From assembly GCA_903930165.1 (NCBI GenBank), contig CAIYXO010000575.1, forward strand, positions 1 to 28,145: a stretch of 28,145 nucleotides of DNA. Direction: 5' to 3'. This document shows positions 15,682 to 25,770 of this stretch, piece by piece (positions within the stretch are counted from its first letter, which is position 1; each line of letters begins with the position of its first letter). This DNA is from an uncultured Verrucomicrobiota bacterium. Its GTDB lineage: Bacteria; Verrucomicrobiota; Verrucomicrobiia; Limisphaerales; UBA9464. The notes beneath the pieces are model-generated. The model did no database searches. It was given only the letters and a program-made list of their open reading frames with translations, and was not told the origin of the DNA. A program made the position numbers and the translations under genes.

Positions 15682-18600
15682 TCAGGGACGCAATCGGAGG
15701 TCGTTGGCATTCTTGGGGATCGGGTGTCGTGCGACCTTGCCACCGGGCCAGCGGACCTCGACCGCCTCCGTGCCCTCCGGGCGTCCCAGCACCGTTGTCG
15801 GATCGTCACAGGAAAGATGACCCGACCCGAGGTGGAGTTCCCGCCAGGGACCCGTCTTCCCGACACCGAGCACCCGGACGGCGGCGCCAATGGCCGACGG
15901 GTTTCCTGCAGGCCCTTCCAAACGCACCCGCAGGCCGGGCCTGCCGCCGACATTGCGCCAGAGGGTCGTCGCGGCGCCGTTCTGGCCGACTGCGAGGTCG
16001 ATCCGCCCGTCGCCGTCGAAGTCCGCGACGGCGGCACCACGGCCGTCCCCATGGACGACGACACCGCTCAGGAGGTCGGCTTGGAAGCCTCCCGTTCCGT
16101 TCCCACGGAGCCAAAGCCCCCGGCCGGCGTCGCTGCGTTCGGCGAAGGGCTGCGCCGTGGAATCGTTCTGAGCGAGGAAGAGGTCGTCGTGTCCGTCGCC
16201 GTCGTAGTCGGCCACGCAGAGGCCCTGGACGGTGGACCACTGGGCGGCGGCCGGCAGCGGCCGGACCTCGAAGCGGTCGCCGCGGTTGAGCAGCACCACC
16301 GACTCCTGGGTGTCGATCTCAAGCCGGGTCGCCCGGGTGGCCAACTCCCCGAAAAGCGCCGGCACCGACGAGGTCGAGTAGGCGCGGTACGAGGCCACGC
16401 CGTCGCGCACCGCAGGGAACAGGGCGGTCATCATCATCAGCTCCCGTTCCGGGCGGTCGACGTTCGCGGACGGGTCGTGCCACGCCTCGACCAGGTCGTT
16501 GCCGCCGCCCGAGCCGAAGTCCCCCGCGTACAAACGGCGTGGCGAGGCCGGCGTGCCGACCTGGCGACGGTTCGTCCCCTCGTTCCCAAGCACGACGTCG
16601 AGCCGGCCGTCCTCGTCGAAGTCCCCGGCCGTCACCGAGGACCAGGCCCCGCGGAGCGCCCCGCCGCGGCTCCATGCGAACCCAGGATTCCAGGGCTTCA
16701 GACGTCCACCCTCGTTGCGGAAGAACCGCGGGGCACCCCAGTCGACCGCGACCACGAGATCCGGCCGGCCGTCGCCGTCGAGGTCCGTGAAGCAGGCCGC
16801 GGTGGCCATTCCGCTGTTCTCGAGGCGTTCGGCGACCACGAGGCGTCCGCCTTGGTTGCGGAGCAGCAGCGACGGGGCCGACTCCGGATACCTGCCGGGC
16901 ACGGTCCGGCTGCCCACGAAGACCTCCAACTCGCCGTCGCCATCGACGTCCGCCGCCGCCAGCGGACCGGTGCCGAAGGCGCTTCCGACGAGCATCTCCC
17001 CGCTCCGTCCACTCGCCGGATCATAAAGGCGCAGGGCCCCGCCGTTGGTCAGACCGTCCTCGAAGTTGGACACCCCGGCGACCAGGGCTCCGTTCAACGG
17101 AAGGAGGGTGGTGAGGTCCCGGCCCGTGGGCTTCTGGAACGGGGGACGGTCCACCGCCTTGAACCCGCCGCGGCCGTCGTTGAGGAAGGCGGCCGGACGT
17201 CCGCCGCGTCCCGCTCCGACCACGAGGTCCGGATGGCCGTTCCCGTCGAGATCCGTCCATGTCACCCCAGGCCCCGCTTGCGAAAGCCGCATCGGCAGCG
17301 TGGGTTGGCGCGCGAAGTCGTCGAAAGGCTCGTCGACATGGACATGGCCCAAACGTGCCGAGACGTCCTCGAAGGTCGGCCTGGCCGGCTCTGGGTTCCT
17401 CGAGGCCGGGGGCAACGGCGCGCCGGCGACCACGGTGACGGCGGAGCCGGCGGCGACACCGGACAGAGATTCCACGGCGCCACCGGGCCAGCGGACCTCG
17501 ATGTCCACCTTCGAGGCCTTGCCGGTGGCGAAGGTCCTCTCGGGCGCGTCCCCACCCAGGTAACGGCCGCCCGCGAAGACCTCCGTGGTCTGGGCGGGAA
17601 GCCCGGCGGCACGGACGGTGATGCGTGCTCCGATGCCCGTGCGGTTGGGACCGGAACCGCGCAGGCCGACCCGGACACGGGGCGCCGTCGCGTTGTTCCG
17701 GTACAATCCCGGGGCGTCCGAAAGGTCGTTCATGACCACGTCGAGGTCGCCGTCTCCGTCGAGGTCCCCGAGGGCGACCCCCTGGGAGATGGTGTCGGCG
17801 GTGAAGCCCCACGCGGCGGAGACGTCGTCGAACAAGGCGTCGCCGCGGTTGCGGAAGGCGACGTTCGGCGTGGCAAGCGAGGGCACGGTGCGGACGAGCG
17901 CGGCGACCTGGGCCGGCGTCGAGGCCTGCCCGGCCGCCGCCGCGTCCGCGATCCGACGGGTGGCGTCGCCGTCCTGGAAGTCCCGCCGTTGTCCGTTGGG
18001 GACGATCAGGTCCTCGAATCCGTCCAGGTCCACGTCGAGCGACACCGGTCCCCAGGACCATTCGCTCGCCGCCACGCCGGCCTGCCACGCGGTTTCCGCC
18101 CAGGTCCCGTCGCCGCGCTGGACCTGGAGCACGTTGCGCTGGACCTGCGCCCGCGTCGCGAACTGGCCCGGCAACCGCAGGGTCGGCGCCAGGCCGGCCA
18201 TCTGCGTGTGACGCCACGCCCGGTTGCGGCTGAACATGTCCACCGCGAAGAAGTCCACGTGGCCGTCACGGTTGAAGTCCCCGAAGTCCACGCCCATGGA
18301 GAAGGTCGGGTTGTTCCGCAGCGCGATCGAGGAGAGGGCCTTGAAACGGAGCTTCCGGTCGGGGCCGGTCACGTTCATCCACACACGGTCCGGGGTCTGC
18401 AGGTCGTTGCAGACATACAGGTCGGGGCGTCCGTCGCCGTCCATGTCGTGGAACCGCGCCGCCAGCCCCCAATCCCCCGGCGGCGACGTCAACGGCCGGC
18501 CCGCCTCGTCCACGAAGGTGCCGTCCGTCCAGGAGACCTCGGCGAAGGCGCCGCGTCCGTCGTTGAGGAAAAGCGCGTCGGCCTCGCCCAGTTCCGCGAC

Positions 18601-19359
18601 GTCGCCTCCCGGTCCGAGTTCGAAGCGGTTGGTGAGGTCGGGCGCGGTGACGGGACGGCCGTTGACCGCGACGATCACCGGACCCTGCGGCGTCTGGCGC
18701 ATCTGGTAGCGGGTGTTGGGCTGGTCGAGGACCGTGACCGGCCGGAAGCGCGCGACGTACAGGTCCAGGTCCCCGTCGCCCTCCACGTCCGCCAAGGCGA
18801 GCGAGGTGGCTCCGTGGCGCGAACGCAGGCCCGCGGCATCGGTGGACTCGACGAAACGGCCCCGGCCGTCGTTGAGGAAGAGCCGTGTGCCACCACCAAG
18901 CGCGTTCAGGAACAGGTCCACGTCGCCGTCGCCGTCCACGTCCGCGAAGGCCGCACCGGTCATGTCGAACGATCCGGAGGAGGGATTGCGCCAGTCGATT
19001 CCGGGGAAGGCGGCCGCGGAGACGTCGGCGAAGGCCCACCCGCCGAGGTTGCGGTAGAGCGCCGGCGGGACGTCGGCACCGCAAAGCACCAGGTCGGGCC
19101 GCCCGTCGCCGTCCACGTCGCCGAGCGCCACGCCGGAACCGGAGAGCAGGTTCCGGTTGGTGATCGAGCGTTCGTCCGAGAGCAGGTTCGTGAAGCCGAT
19201 GCCGACCGCGGTGGCCGGCATCCGGGTGAATCCCGCGGCCAGGGAACCGGCGGGTGCCAACGGGCGCGTCTCGAGGGTGGCCGCAGTGGCGGCCCGCGCA
19301 CACGCCAGCAGGAGGACGAGGCCCGCGACACGAAGGGACGATCGGCGTTGGGACATCAT
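15682..19359 (-). CDS. Secreted FG-GAP/VCBS-repeat plus ASPIC/UnbV protein (CRTAC1-like), paralogue A
   Basis: 1225 aa from ATG 19359 with signal peptide MMSQRRSSLRVAGLVLLLACARAATA, 13 D-x-D-x-D-G-type Ca-binding motifs (7+6) and two ASPIC/UnbV-like segments (…GIGARITV…GGRYLG; …AIGAAVRV…GSGHLS). ATGA overlap with the upstream paralogue. Confidence 0.9.
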   Translation of the reverse strand: MMSQRRSSLRVAGLVLLLACARAATAATLETRPLAPAGSLAAGFTRMPATAVGIGFTNLLSDERSITNRNLLSGSGVALGDVDGDGRPDLVLCGADVPPALYRNLGGWAFADVSAAAFPGIDWRNPSSGSFDMTGAAFADVDGDGDVDLFLNALGGGTRLFLNDGRGRFVESTDAAGLRSRHGATSLALADVEGDGDLDLYVARFRPVTVLDQPNTRYQMRQTPQGPVIVAVNGRPVTAPDLTNRFELGPGGDVAELGEADALFLNDGRGAFAEVSWTDGTFVDEAGRPLTSPPGDWGLAARFHDMDGDGRPDLYVCNDLQTPDRVWMNVTGPDRKLRFKALSSIALRNNPTFSMGVDFGDFNRDGHVDFFAVDMFSRNRAWRHTQMAGLAPTLRLPGQFATRAQVQRNVLQVQRGDGTWAETAWQAGVAASEWSWGPVSLDVDLDGFEDLIVPNGQRRDFQDGDATRRIADAAAAGQASTPAQVAALVRTVPSLATPNVAFRNRGDALFDDVSAAWGFTADTISQGVALGDLDGDGDLDVVMNDLSDAPGLYRNNATAPRVRVGLRGSGPNRTGIGARITVRAAGLPAQTTEVFAGGRYLGGDAPERTFATGKASKVDIEVRWPGGAVESLSGVAAGSAVTVVAGAPLPPASRNPEPARPTFEDVSARLGHVHVDEPFDDFARQPTLPMRLSQAGPGVTWTDLDGNGHPDLVVGAGRGGRPAAFLNDGRGGFKAVDRPPFQKPTGRDLTTLLPLNGALVAGVSNFEDGLTNGGALRLYDPASGRSGEMLVGSAFGTGPLAAADVDGDGELEVFVGSRTVPGRYPESAPSLLLRNQGGRLVVAERLENSGMATAACFTDLDGDGRPDLVVAVDWGAPRFFRNEGGRLKPWNPGFAWSRGGALRGAWSSVTAGDFDEDGRLDVVLGNEGTNRRQVGTPASPRRLYAGDFGSGGGNDLVEAWHDPSANVDRPERELMMMTALFPAVRDGVASYRAYSTSSVPALFGELATRATRLEIDTQESVVLLNRGDRFEVRPLPAAAQWSTVQGLCVADYDGDGHDDLFLAQNDSTAQPFAERSDAGRGLWLRGNGTGGFQADLLSGVVVHGDGRGAAVADFDGDGRIDLAVGQNGAATTLWRNVGGRPGLRVRLEGPAGNPSAIGAAVRVLGVGKTGPWRELHLGSGHLSCDDPTTVLGRPEGTEAVEVRWPGGKVARHPIPKNANDLRLRP

Positions 19360-22300
19360 GGGAGGATCCGGATGGGACCGTTGCGGGGAACCACCACCGA
19401 CCGGGCCCCGGCGGCGACCGGGTGCCGGACGACCTCGCCGTCGGGCCAACGGACCTCCAGCTCGCCAGCCAGGCCTCGCGTCCCGAGGACCGTCACCGGG
19501 CTGTCGACGCCGAGTCCGCCACCACCGGCGCGGATCTCGCGACGCGGGCCGGCCTTGCCATCCTGATGCCATCTCAACGAGGCCCCGAGCGCGTCGGGAT
19601 TCCGGGCCGCCCCGAGCAGATGCACGCGGAGTCCCGGCGTGGCGGTGAGGTTGCGATGCAGGAGGGTCGGGGCGGAGTTCTGACCCAGCACCAGGTCCGT
19701 CCGTCCGTCGTGGTCGAAGTCCGCCACGGCGACACCGCGCTGTTCACCCCAGGCAGCGATGCCCGAATGCAGGTCCTCCGCGAAGCCGCCGCGGCCGTCG
19801 CCGAGCAGCAGGAGTCCGCGACCCGCGTCGTAGCGGGCCTCGTCGGAACGGATGCCGAAGACGCCCTGCGCGAGGAACAGGTCCTCGGACCCGTCGCCGT
19901 CGAAGTCGGCCACCGCGATCCCCTGCACCGGCGAGAACTGGGCCACCACCGGCAGCGCCTTCCATTCGAGGTGGTCGCCGCGGTTCAGCAGGATGCCCGA
20001 GTCGAGGTTGATCGCCTCCATCCGGGGAAGATCCGCAGGCAGTCCTTCCAGCAGTTGCGGCAAGGTCGCCCGGCCGAAGGACTCGAGGGTCGGATACCGT
20101 TGCGCCACCGAAGGCAGCATCGCCGCCAACAGCGGCTGTCGGCGCACCGGAAGTTCCACCCCGGCCGGTCCTACGTGGCTCTCGATCATCTCGACGAAGC
20201 CGTCGCCGTTGAAATCCGCGTATCGCACCCGGAGCGGACGTCGCTCGGCGGCGGCGCCGATGAAATGGTTGCGACCCCAGTTCCCGGCCACGAGGTCCAT
20301 GCGCCCGTCGCCGTCGACATCGGCCGCGGTCAACGCCTGCCACAAGCCGGTCCACCGGGAGAGCCGATCGACACCGGATGGAAGACCCGTACCGCGCAAC
20401 GGCGGATCCCAGGGCAAGAGCCGTCCCTGTTGGTTGCGAAGCAGCCGGATCGGTCCCCATTCGCAGGAAAGCGCGAGGTCCTGTCGGGCGTCGCCGTCGA
20501 GGTCGGTGAACACCGCGGACTGGACCAGTCCGACGCGTTCGAGGCGTTCCGTGACGCCGAGTCGGCCTCCGTCGTTCCGGACCAGCAGCGAGGTCGCCGG
20601 CTCCGGATATCGTCCAGCGACATGACGGACGCCCACGAAGATCTCCGGCGCACCGTCGCCGTCGACGTCCGCCGCCGCCAGCGACCCCACCGCCGCGGCC
20701 TTGCCGCCCAGCACCTCGCCGCTGCGTCCACTGGCGAGGTCGATGATCCGAAGGGCGCCACCGTTGGTCTGGCCGTCCTCGTGGTTGCTCACCCCGGCGA
20801 GGATGGCTCCGCCCAGCGGGAGCATCGTGGTCAGGTCGCGGGCGGTCGGGCGGCCGAAGGCGGCGATCGGCAGGACGCCGAACGAGGATCCGGCGGCGTT
20901 TGTCCAGGCTCCCGGCGTCCCACCCTGTCCCGAGGAGACGAGCAGGTCCTCCCAGCCGTCCCCGTCGAGATCCGTCCAGGTCACGCCCGGTCCCGGTGTC
21001 GAGAGGTCGCGTGGCGCGGAGGGCTGACGCGCGAACTCGTCGAAGGGCGTGTCGAAATGGGTGTGCCGAATCCGATCGGAGAGATCCTCGAACCGTGGAC
21101 GTTCCGGCGGCGTGGCCGCGGCCGCGGCCCGCACGGACTCCGACTGGGCGACCACCACCGAACCCGGTCCAACCGCGGGAACGCGGGTCACGGCCCCATC
21201 GCGCCAGGTCACCTCGAGCACCACGGCAGGGTTGGTTCCCGTGGCGAACGTCCGCACGGCATCGTCGCCGGAGAGGTACCGTCCACCGGCGATCATCTCC
21301 TGGGTCTGGACCGGCAGGCCCGGCGCCACGACCCGGATGCGCGCGCCGACGCCGCGTGTGTTCGGTGCGGTTCCGCGGAGCCGCACCAGCAGCCGTCCGG
21401 CCGTCGCCTCGTTGCGCAGCACCTTGGCGGGGCCGTTGAGCGTGTTGAGCACCAGGTCGAGGTCGCCGTCGCCGTCCAGGTCCCCGGCGGCCATGCCGTG
21501 CTCGACACCGGGCTCGTCGAATCCCCAGGCGCCGGAGACGTCCTCGAAGGTCAGGTCGCCGCGGTTGCGGAACGCGGCGTTCGGGGCGTCGAACGGCCGG
21601 AACATCCGCCGCATCTCCAGCAGCTCGCGCGAACTGTTCCTGCCGGACGACTTCATCGCCTCGGCACGGGCACCCACGTCGGCGTCGAGCATGTCCAGGG
21701 CATGGCCGTTCGATACGAGCAGGTCCTCCCAGCCGTCGAGGTCGACATCGAGGAAGACGGGCGTCCATGCCCACTCGGCGGCGCTCAGGCCCGCGAGCCG
21801 ACCGATCTCGGCGAAGGTCCCGTCGGGCCGGCCCCGGAAGAGGGTGTTGTGGGAGAACTGCGGCCGGTCGTCGAGGATCCCCGGCTGGTTGAACCCCGGG
21901 GGAAGGCCGTCCAACTGCACGTTCCGGCGCCAATGCTCGCGGCTCAACATGTCGAGCACGAGGAAGTCGTCCCGTCCGTCGCGGTCGACGTCGGCCGCGT
22001 CGATCCCCATCGAGAACGCCGGCGTATGGCGCAGCGCGACGGACCGGGCCGCCCGGAACCGGAGGGGGCCGCCCGGCGGCGTCTCGTTGATCCAGAAGCG
22101 GTCCTCGGACTGGAAATCGTTGCAGACGTAGAGGTCCGGCCGGCCGTCGCCGTCGAGGTCGCGGAACATCACGCTGAGTCCCCAGTCGTAGGGAGGGCCG
22201 GTGAGCGGCTTCCCCGAGGCGTCGACGAATGCGCCTCCGCTCCAGGACACCGCCGTGAATCCGCCCCGGCCATCGTTCAGGAAGAGGGCATCCGGCTCGC

Positions 22301-23042
22301 CGTTCTCCATCGGCCCGGACGGTGTCATCGAGAAGCGCCCGACCAGGTCCGGGGCGCTGGTGGGACGGCCGTTGTAGGCGACGATCCGTTGACGGCCGCC
22401 CTCGTCGCGCACCTGGTACCGCGCCCCGGGATCGTCCCGGACGGTCACCCCGCGGTAGTTCGACACGTAGAGATCGAGGTCGCCGTCACCGTCGGCGTCG
22501 GCCAGGGCGAGGCTCGATCCCGTCCGGTCCGGATTGATCCGGCCCGACTCCGCGAACCGGCCGCCGCCGTCGTTGCGCAGGATCCGCGTCCCCTGCCCCA
22601 GCGTGTTCACGACCAGGTCCGGATGCCCGTCGCCGTCGACGTCCGGGGACACGACGCCGGTCACCTCCAAGCCCGGGGTCAGACCCGCGGGAAACGCGGT
22701 TCCCGTGGCGTCGGCGAACTTCCAGCCGCCCAGGTTCCGCCACAGCCGGGAGCCGCCGGCGTAGGCGCCGAGGAACACGTCCGTCCGTCCGTCGGCGTCG
22801 AAGTCCGCGAGGGCCACGCCGGAGCCGTTGAGGGGGATCTGGTTGGTCAGGTAGCGGGAGGCGGGAACCCCGTTGGTGAAGGCGATCCCGGTCTCGACCG
22901 CGCGCAGGGACGTGAACCCGGAACGGGCCGTGGCGGCCGCTGCGGGGTAGCCCAACGCCACGGCCAACGCCGCTGCCAGGACGGTCGCATCCGGAAGGAG
23001 GCGGACCTCCGGACGAAGATGTCGGGGCGTTCGACGGGGCAC
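19356..23042 (-). CDS. Secreted FG-GAP/VCBS-repeat plus ASPIC/UnbV protein (CRTAC1-like), paralogue B
   Basis: About 1228 aa from in-frame GTG 23042 (approximate), signal-like VLAAALAVALGYPAAA, 14 D-x-D-x-D-G-type motifs (7+7) and two ASPIC/UnbV-like segments. The track extension to 24149 is the antisense of the epimerase. Confidence 0.88.
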   Translation of the reverse strand: MPRRTPRHLRPEVRLLPDATVLAAALAVALGYPAAAATARSGFTSLRAVETGIAFTNGVPASRYLTNQIPLNGSGVALADFDADGRTDVFLGAYAGGSRLWRNLGGWKFADATGTAFPAGLTPGLEVTGVVSPDVDGDGHPDLVVNTLGQGTRILRNDGGGRFAESGRINPDRTGSSLALADADGDGDLDLYVSNYRGVTVRDDPGARYQVRDEGGRQRIVAYNGRPTSAPDLVGRFSMTPSGPMENGEPDALFLNDGRGGFTAVSWSGGAFVDASGKPLTGPPYDWGLSVMFRDLDGDGRPDLYVCNDFQSEDRFWINETPPGGPLRFRAARSVALRHTPAFSMGIDAADVDRDGRDDFLVLDMLSREHWRRNVQLDGLPPGFNQPGILDDRPQFSHNTLFRGRPDGTFAEIGRLAGLSAAEWAWTPVFLDVDLDGWEDLLVSNGHALDMLDADVGARAEAMKSSGRNSSRELLEMRRMFRPFDAPNAAFRNRGDLTFEDVSGAWGFDEPGVEHGMAAGDLDGDGDLDLVLNTLNGPAKVLRNEATAGRLLVRLRGTAPNTRGVGARIRVVAPGLPVQTQEMIAGGRYLSGDDAVRTFATGTNPAVVLEVTWRDGAVTRVPAVGPGSVVVAQSESVRAAAAATPPERPRFEDLSDRIRHTHFDTPFDEFARQPSAPRDLSTPGPGVTWTDLDGDGWEDLLVSSGQGGTPGAWTNAAGSSFGVLPIAAFGRPTARDLTTMLPLGGAILAGVSNHEDGQTNGGALRIIDLASGRSGEVLGGKAAAVGSLAAADVDGDGAPEIFVGVRHVAGRYPEPATSLLVRNDGGRLGVTERLERVGLVQSAVFTDLDGDARQDLALSCEWGPIRLLRNQQGRLLPWDPPLRGTGLPSGVDRLSRWTGLWQALTAADVDGDGRMDLVAGNWGRNHFIGAAAERRPLRVRYADFNGDGFVEMIESHVGPAGVELPVRRQPLLAAMLPSVAQRYPTLESFGRATLPQLLEGLPADLPRMEAINLDSGILLNRGDHLEWKALPVVAQFSPVQGIAVADFDGDGSEDLFLAQGVFGIRSDEARYDAGRGLLLLGDGRGGFAEDLHSGIAAWGEQRGVAVADFDHDGRTDLVLGQNSAPTLLHRNLTATPGLRVHLLGAARNPDALGASLRWHQDGKAGPRREIRAGGGGLGVDSPVTVLGTRGLAGELEVRWPDGEVVRHPVAAGARSVVVPRNGPIRILP

Positions 23043-23159
23043 GGAGCGAGGATCCCCGCACCGGCCCGTACGTGCCAGCGCAGAAAGGTCGGAGACCCGG
23101 AACGGGGCGACGCCAGTCGGACGTTGATGCGATGGCGGAGGCCGGATCATCCTGCCTCC

Positions 23160-24116
23160 ATGCATTTCCTCGTCACGGGCGGCGCCGGGTTCATCGGGTC
23201 CCACGTGGCCGAACATCTCCTGGCGGCGGGCCACGAGGTGACGGTTTTCGACGATCTCAACCCGTTCTACGACCCGGCGATCAAGCGGGCGGGACTCAAG
23301 GTCCTGGAGCAGTCCGGCGGCGGACGATTCCGGTTCGTCCAGGGCGACCTGGTCGAGCGTCCGGCCCTGGACGCCGTGTTCGCCCGGGGCGGGATCGACC
23401 AGGTGATCCACCTCGCGGCGCGGGCCGGCGTCCGGCCAAGCCTGCAGGAGCCCGCCCTCTACCAGCGGGTGAACGTGGAGGGCACGGTGAACCTGCTCGA
23501 GGCCGGCAGGCTGGCCGGCGTGAGGAAGTTCATCCTCGCCTCGTCGTCGTCGGTGTACGGGGTCAACGCCAAGGTGCCGTTCTCCGAGGACGACCCGATC
23601 TTCCGTGCGATCTCGCCGTACGCTTCGAGCAAGCTGGCCTGCGAGGCCCTCGGGCACACCTACCACCACGTGTACGGACTCGACGTGGTGATGCTCCGCT
23701 TCTTCACCGTGTACGGCCCCCGCCAGCGGCCGGACCTTGCCATCCACAAGTTCGCCCGCCTCATCGAGTCCGGCCGTCCCCTGCCGGTGTTCGGGGACGG
23801 CTCCACGGCCCGCGACTACACCTACGTGGACGACATCGTCTCCGGCGTGCTGGCCTGCACACGTCGGGAGTTCGGGTTCGGGATCTACAACCTCGGCGAG
23901 TCGCAGACGGTGACCCTGTCGGAATTGATCGCGCTGCTGGAGCAGGCGCTGGGCAGGAAGGCCCTCGTGGACCGCCAACCGTTGCAGCCGGGGGACGTGC
24001 CGATCACCTACGCGGACATCTCGAAGGCGCGACGCGACCTCGGCTATGATCCACGGACGAAGATCGCCGAGGGGATCCCGAGGTTCGTCGAGTGGTTCCG
24101 GCGATCCGGCGGCTGA
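23160..24116 (+). CDS. NAD-dependent NDP-sugar epimerase/dehydratase (extended SDR; UDP-glucuronate 4-epimerase-like)
   Basis: 318 aa from ATG 23160: TGGAGFIG Rossmann motif, HLAARAGVR, ASSSSVYG, YASSK (YxxxK), RFFTVYGPRQRPD and RDYTYVDDIV. Confidence 0.93.
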   Translation: MHFLVTGGAGFIGSHVAEHLLAAGHEVTVFDDLNPFYDPAIKRAGLKVLEQSGGGRFRFVQGDLVERPALDAVFARGGIDQVIHLAARAGVRPSLQEPALYQRVNVEGTVNLLEAGRLAGVRKFILASSSSVYGVNAKVPFSEDDPIFRAISPYASSKLACEALGHTYHHVYGLDVVMLRFFTVYGPRQRPDLAIHKFARLIESGRPLPVFGDGSTARDYTYVDDIVSGVLACTRREFGFGIYNLGESQTVTLSELIALLEQALGRKALVDRQPLQPGDVPITYADISKARRDLGYDPRTKIAEGIPRFVEWFRRSGG

Positions 24117-24131
24117 ACAGCGGGCTCCGTG

Positions 24132-24165
24132 GGAAACCGCGGCGGGCACGCTGCCCTGCGGTTCC
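24132..24165. terminator. GC-rich hairpin between the convergent epimerase and dnaA genes, possible bidirectional terminator
   Basis: AACCGC/GCGGTT outer stem encloses GGGCA-CGC-TGCCC. There is no U-tract on either side. Confidence 0.3.
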
Positions 24166-24173
24166 GGAACGGT

Positions 24174-25568
24174 TCAGCGGGTGAGCTGCTTCTCGAGATA
24201 GCCCACGTCCTGGCGGACCTTGGACTCCACCTCCATGCGGTCGCGCACCTGGCGGCAGGCGTGCAGCACCGTGCCGTGGTCGCGTCCGCCGAAGGCGTCG
24301 CCGATGGAGCTGAGGGAATGGTCGGTCAGCTGCCGGGCGAGATACATGGCGATCTGGCGGGGGAAGGCGATGTTCTCCGGCCGCCGCTTGCTGGTCATGT
24401 CCGCCAGGCGGATGTCGAAGTAGTCGGCGACCCGGCGTTGGATCTCGCCGATGGAGATCGCGACCTTGCCCTCCTCCTGGAGGATCTCGCGCAGGAGCGT
24501 CTCGATGGTCTCGAGATCGAGACTCTTCCCGGTGAGCTGGGCGTAGGCGGCGACGCGGACGAGGGCGCCTTCGAGCCGACGGATGTTGGTCCGGATGCGG
24601 TTGGCGAGGAACGAGATGATCTCGGGCGGCAGCTCGACGCTGAGGGCCGCGGCCTTCTTGTGGAGGATCGCGAGGCGGGTCTCGACATCCGGGGCCTTGA
24701 GGTCGGCGGTCATGCCCCACTCGAAGCGCGAGGTGAGACGCTGTTCGAGCCCCTGGATCTCGTTGGCCGGGCGGTCGCAGGTCAGGACGATCTGCTTGTG
24801 GCAGTCGTGGAGCGCGTTGAAGGTGTGGAAGAACTCCTCCTGGATGCGCTCCTTGCCGGCGAGGAACTGGACGTCGTCGATCAGCAGGACGTCGAGCTCG
24901 CGGTATTTCTTGCGGAACTTGGGAAGCTGGCCGTTCTGGAGCGCCTCGATGAACTCGTTGGTGAAGCGCTCGCAGGAGAGGTAGCCGATCCGGGCATTGC
25001 GGCGGTGGGCATGGACGTGCTGGCCGATGGCCTGCAGGAGATGGGTCTTGCCGAGGCCGACGCCACCAAAGAGGAAGAGCGGGTTGTAGGTCAGCCCGGG
25101 CTTTTGGGCGACGGCAACCGAGGCGGCATGGGCGTGGTGGTTGTTGCTGCCCACGACGAAGGTGTCGAAGACGTTGTTCGGGTTGAAGAACGCCTCGGGC
25201 CGGCGGGTGCTCGGTTCCTTGGCGACCGGCGACGGAATCGGAGCCAAGGGCGTCGAGGAGGCCTCGGTGGATTCGGCGGAGTTCGCCGTGCCGGAGGCCG
25301 TGGAACCCGCGGACTCGGCGGCGCGCACCGCGAAGGCGATCTGGACCGGCCGCACCGCGGTTCGGCTGACCACGGAACGGAGGACGTCGAGGTAGTTGTC
25401 CTTGAGCCAGAACTCACAGAACTCGTCCGCCACCTCCAACGTCAGCACATCGCCGTCCATCCGGCTCGCGCTCACCGGGGCGAACCAGAGATTGTAGAGC
25501 TCGGTCTTGAGCATTCCACGCAGCGTCTGCTGCGCGGCGGACCAGATGGCTTGGGCGTTATCGGACAT
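24174..25568 (-). CDS. dnaA: Chromosomal replication initiator protein DnaA
   Basis: 464 aa with domain I (LYNLWFAP), [25 protein letters not shown] (Walker A), [29 protein letters not shown] and domain IV RQIAMYL...[13 protein letters not shown]. Confidence 0.98.
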   Translation of the reverse strand: MSDNAQAIWSAAQQTLRGMLKTELYNLWFAPVSASRMDGDVLTLEVADEFCEFWLKDNYLDVLRSVVSRTAVRPVQIAFAVRAAESAGSTASGTANSAESTEASSTPLAPIPSPVAKEPSTRRPEAFFNPNNVFDTFVVGSNNHHAHAASVAVAQKPGLTYNPLFLFGGVGLGKTHLLQAIGQHVHAHRRNARIGYLSCERFTNEFIEALQNGQLPKFRKKYRELDVLLIDDVQFLAGKERIQEEFFHTFNALHDCHKQIVLTCDRPANEIQGLEQRLTSRFEWGMTADLKAPDVETRLAILHKKAAALSVELPPEIISFLANRIRTNIRRLEGALVRVAAYAQLTGKSLDLETIETLLREILQEEGKVAISIGEIQRRVADYFDIRLADMTSKRRPENIAFPRQIAMYLARQLTDHSLSSIGDAFGGRDHGTVLHACRQVRDRMEVESKVRQDVGYLEKQLTR

Positions 25569-25737
25569 GATGGACTAGGAAGGGATCGGGAAGCGCGGTT
25601 ACGATGGGTTTTTCGGTTTTATTCACCTGACGACTTCACCCGGCCGTAACCTGCCCAAAGACAAGCGTTTGGCCGTGGCTTCCATCGACTGAAACACCGC
25701 GGGATCCAGCGGAAACCGCCCGGATTGCTAGGCTTAA

Positions 25738-25770
25738 AAAGCGTTGGAACCTATTGGTTTCCAACGCTTT
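25738..25770. repeat. AT-rich inverted repeat
   Basis: AAAGCGTTGGAA-cctattggt-TTCCAACGCTTT has perfect 12-bp arms. Alternatively it forms a 14-bp stem with a 1-nt bulge and a TATT loop. Confidence 0.8.

Noticed and set aside
23063-23077. Sigma54-like TGGCACG upstream of ASPIC paralogue B (minus strand)
   Set aside because: The -12 GC is 9 rather than 10 nt from the -24 GG, and sigma54 spacing is strict.
15148-24149. Giant ORFs 15148..19566 (+), 19254..24116 (+) and the extension of 19356..24149 (-)
   Set aside because: Codon-aligned antisense frames of the ASPIC/UnbV genes and the epimerase. Only 23160..24116 (+) and about 23042..19356 (-) encode recognisable proteins, so this is not evidence of overlapping genes.
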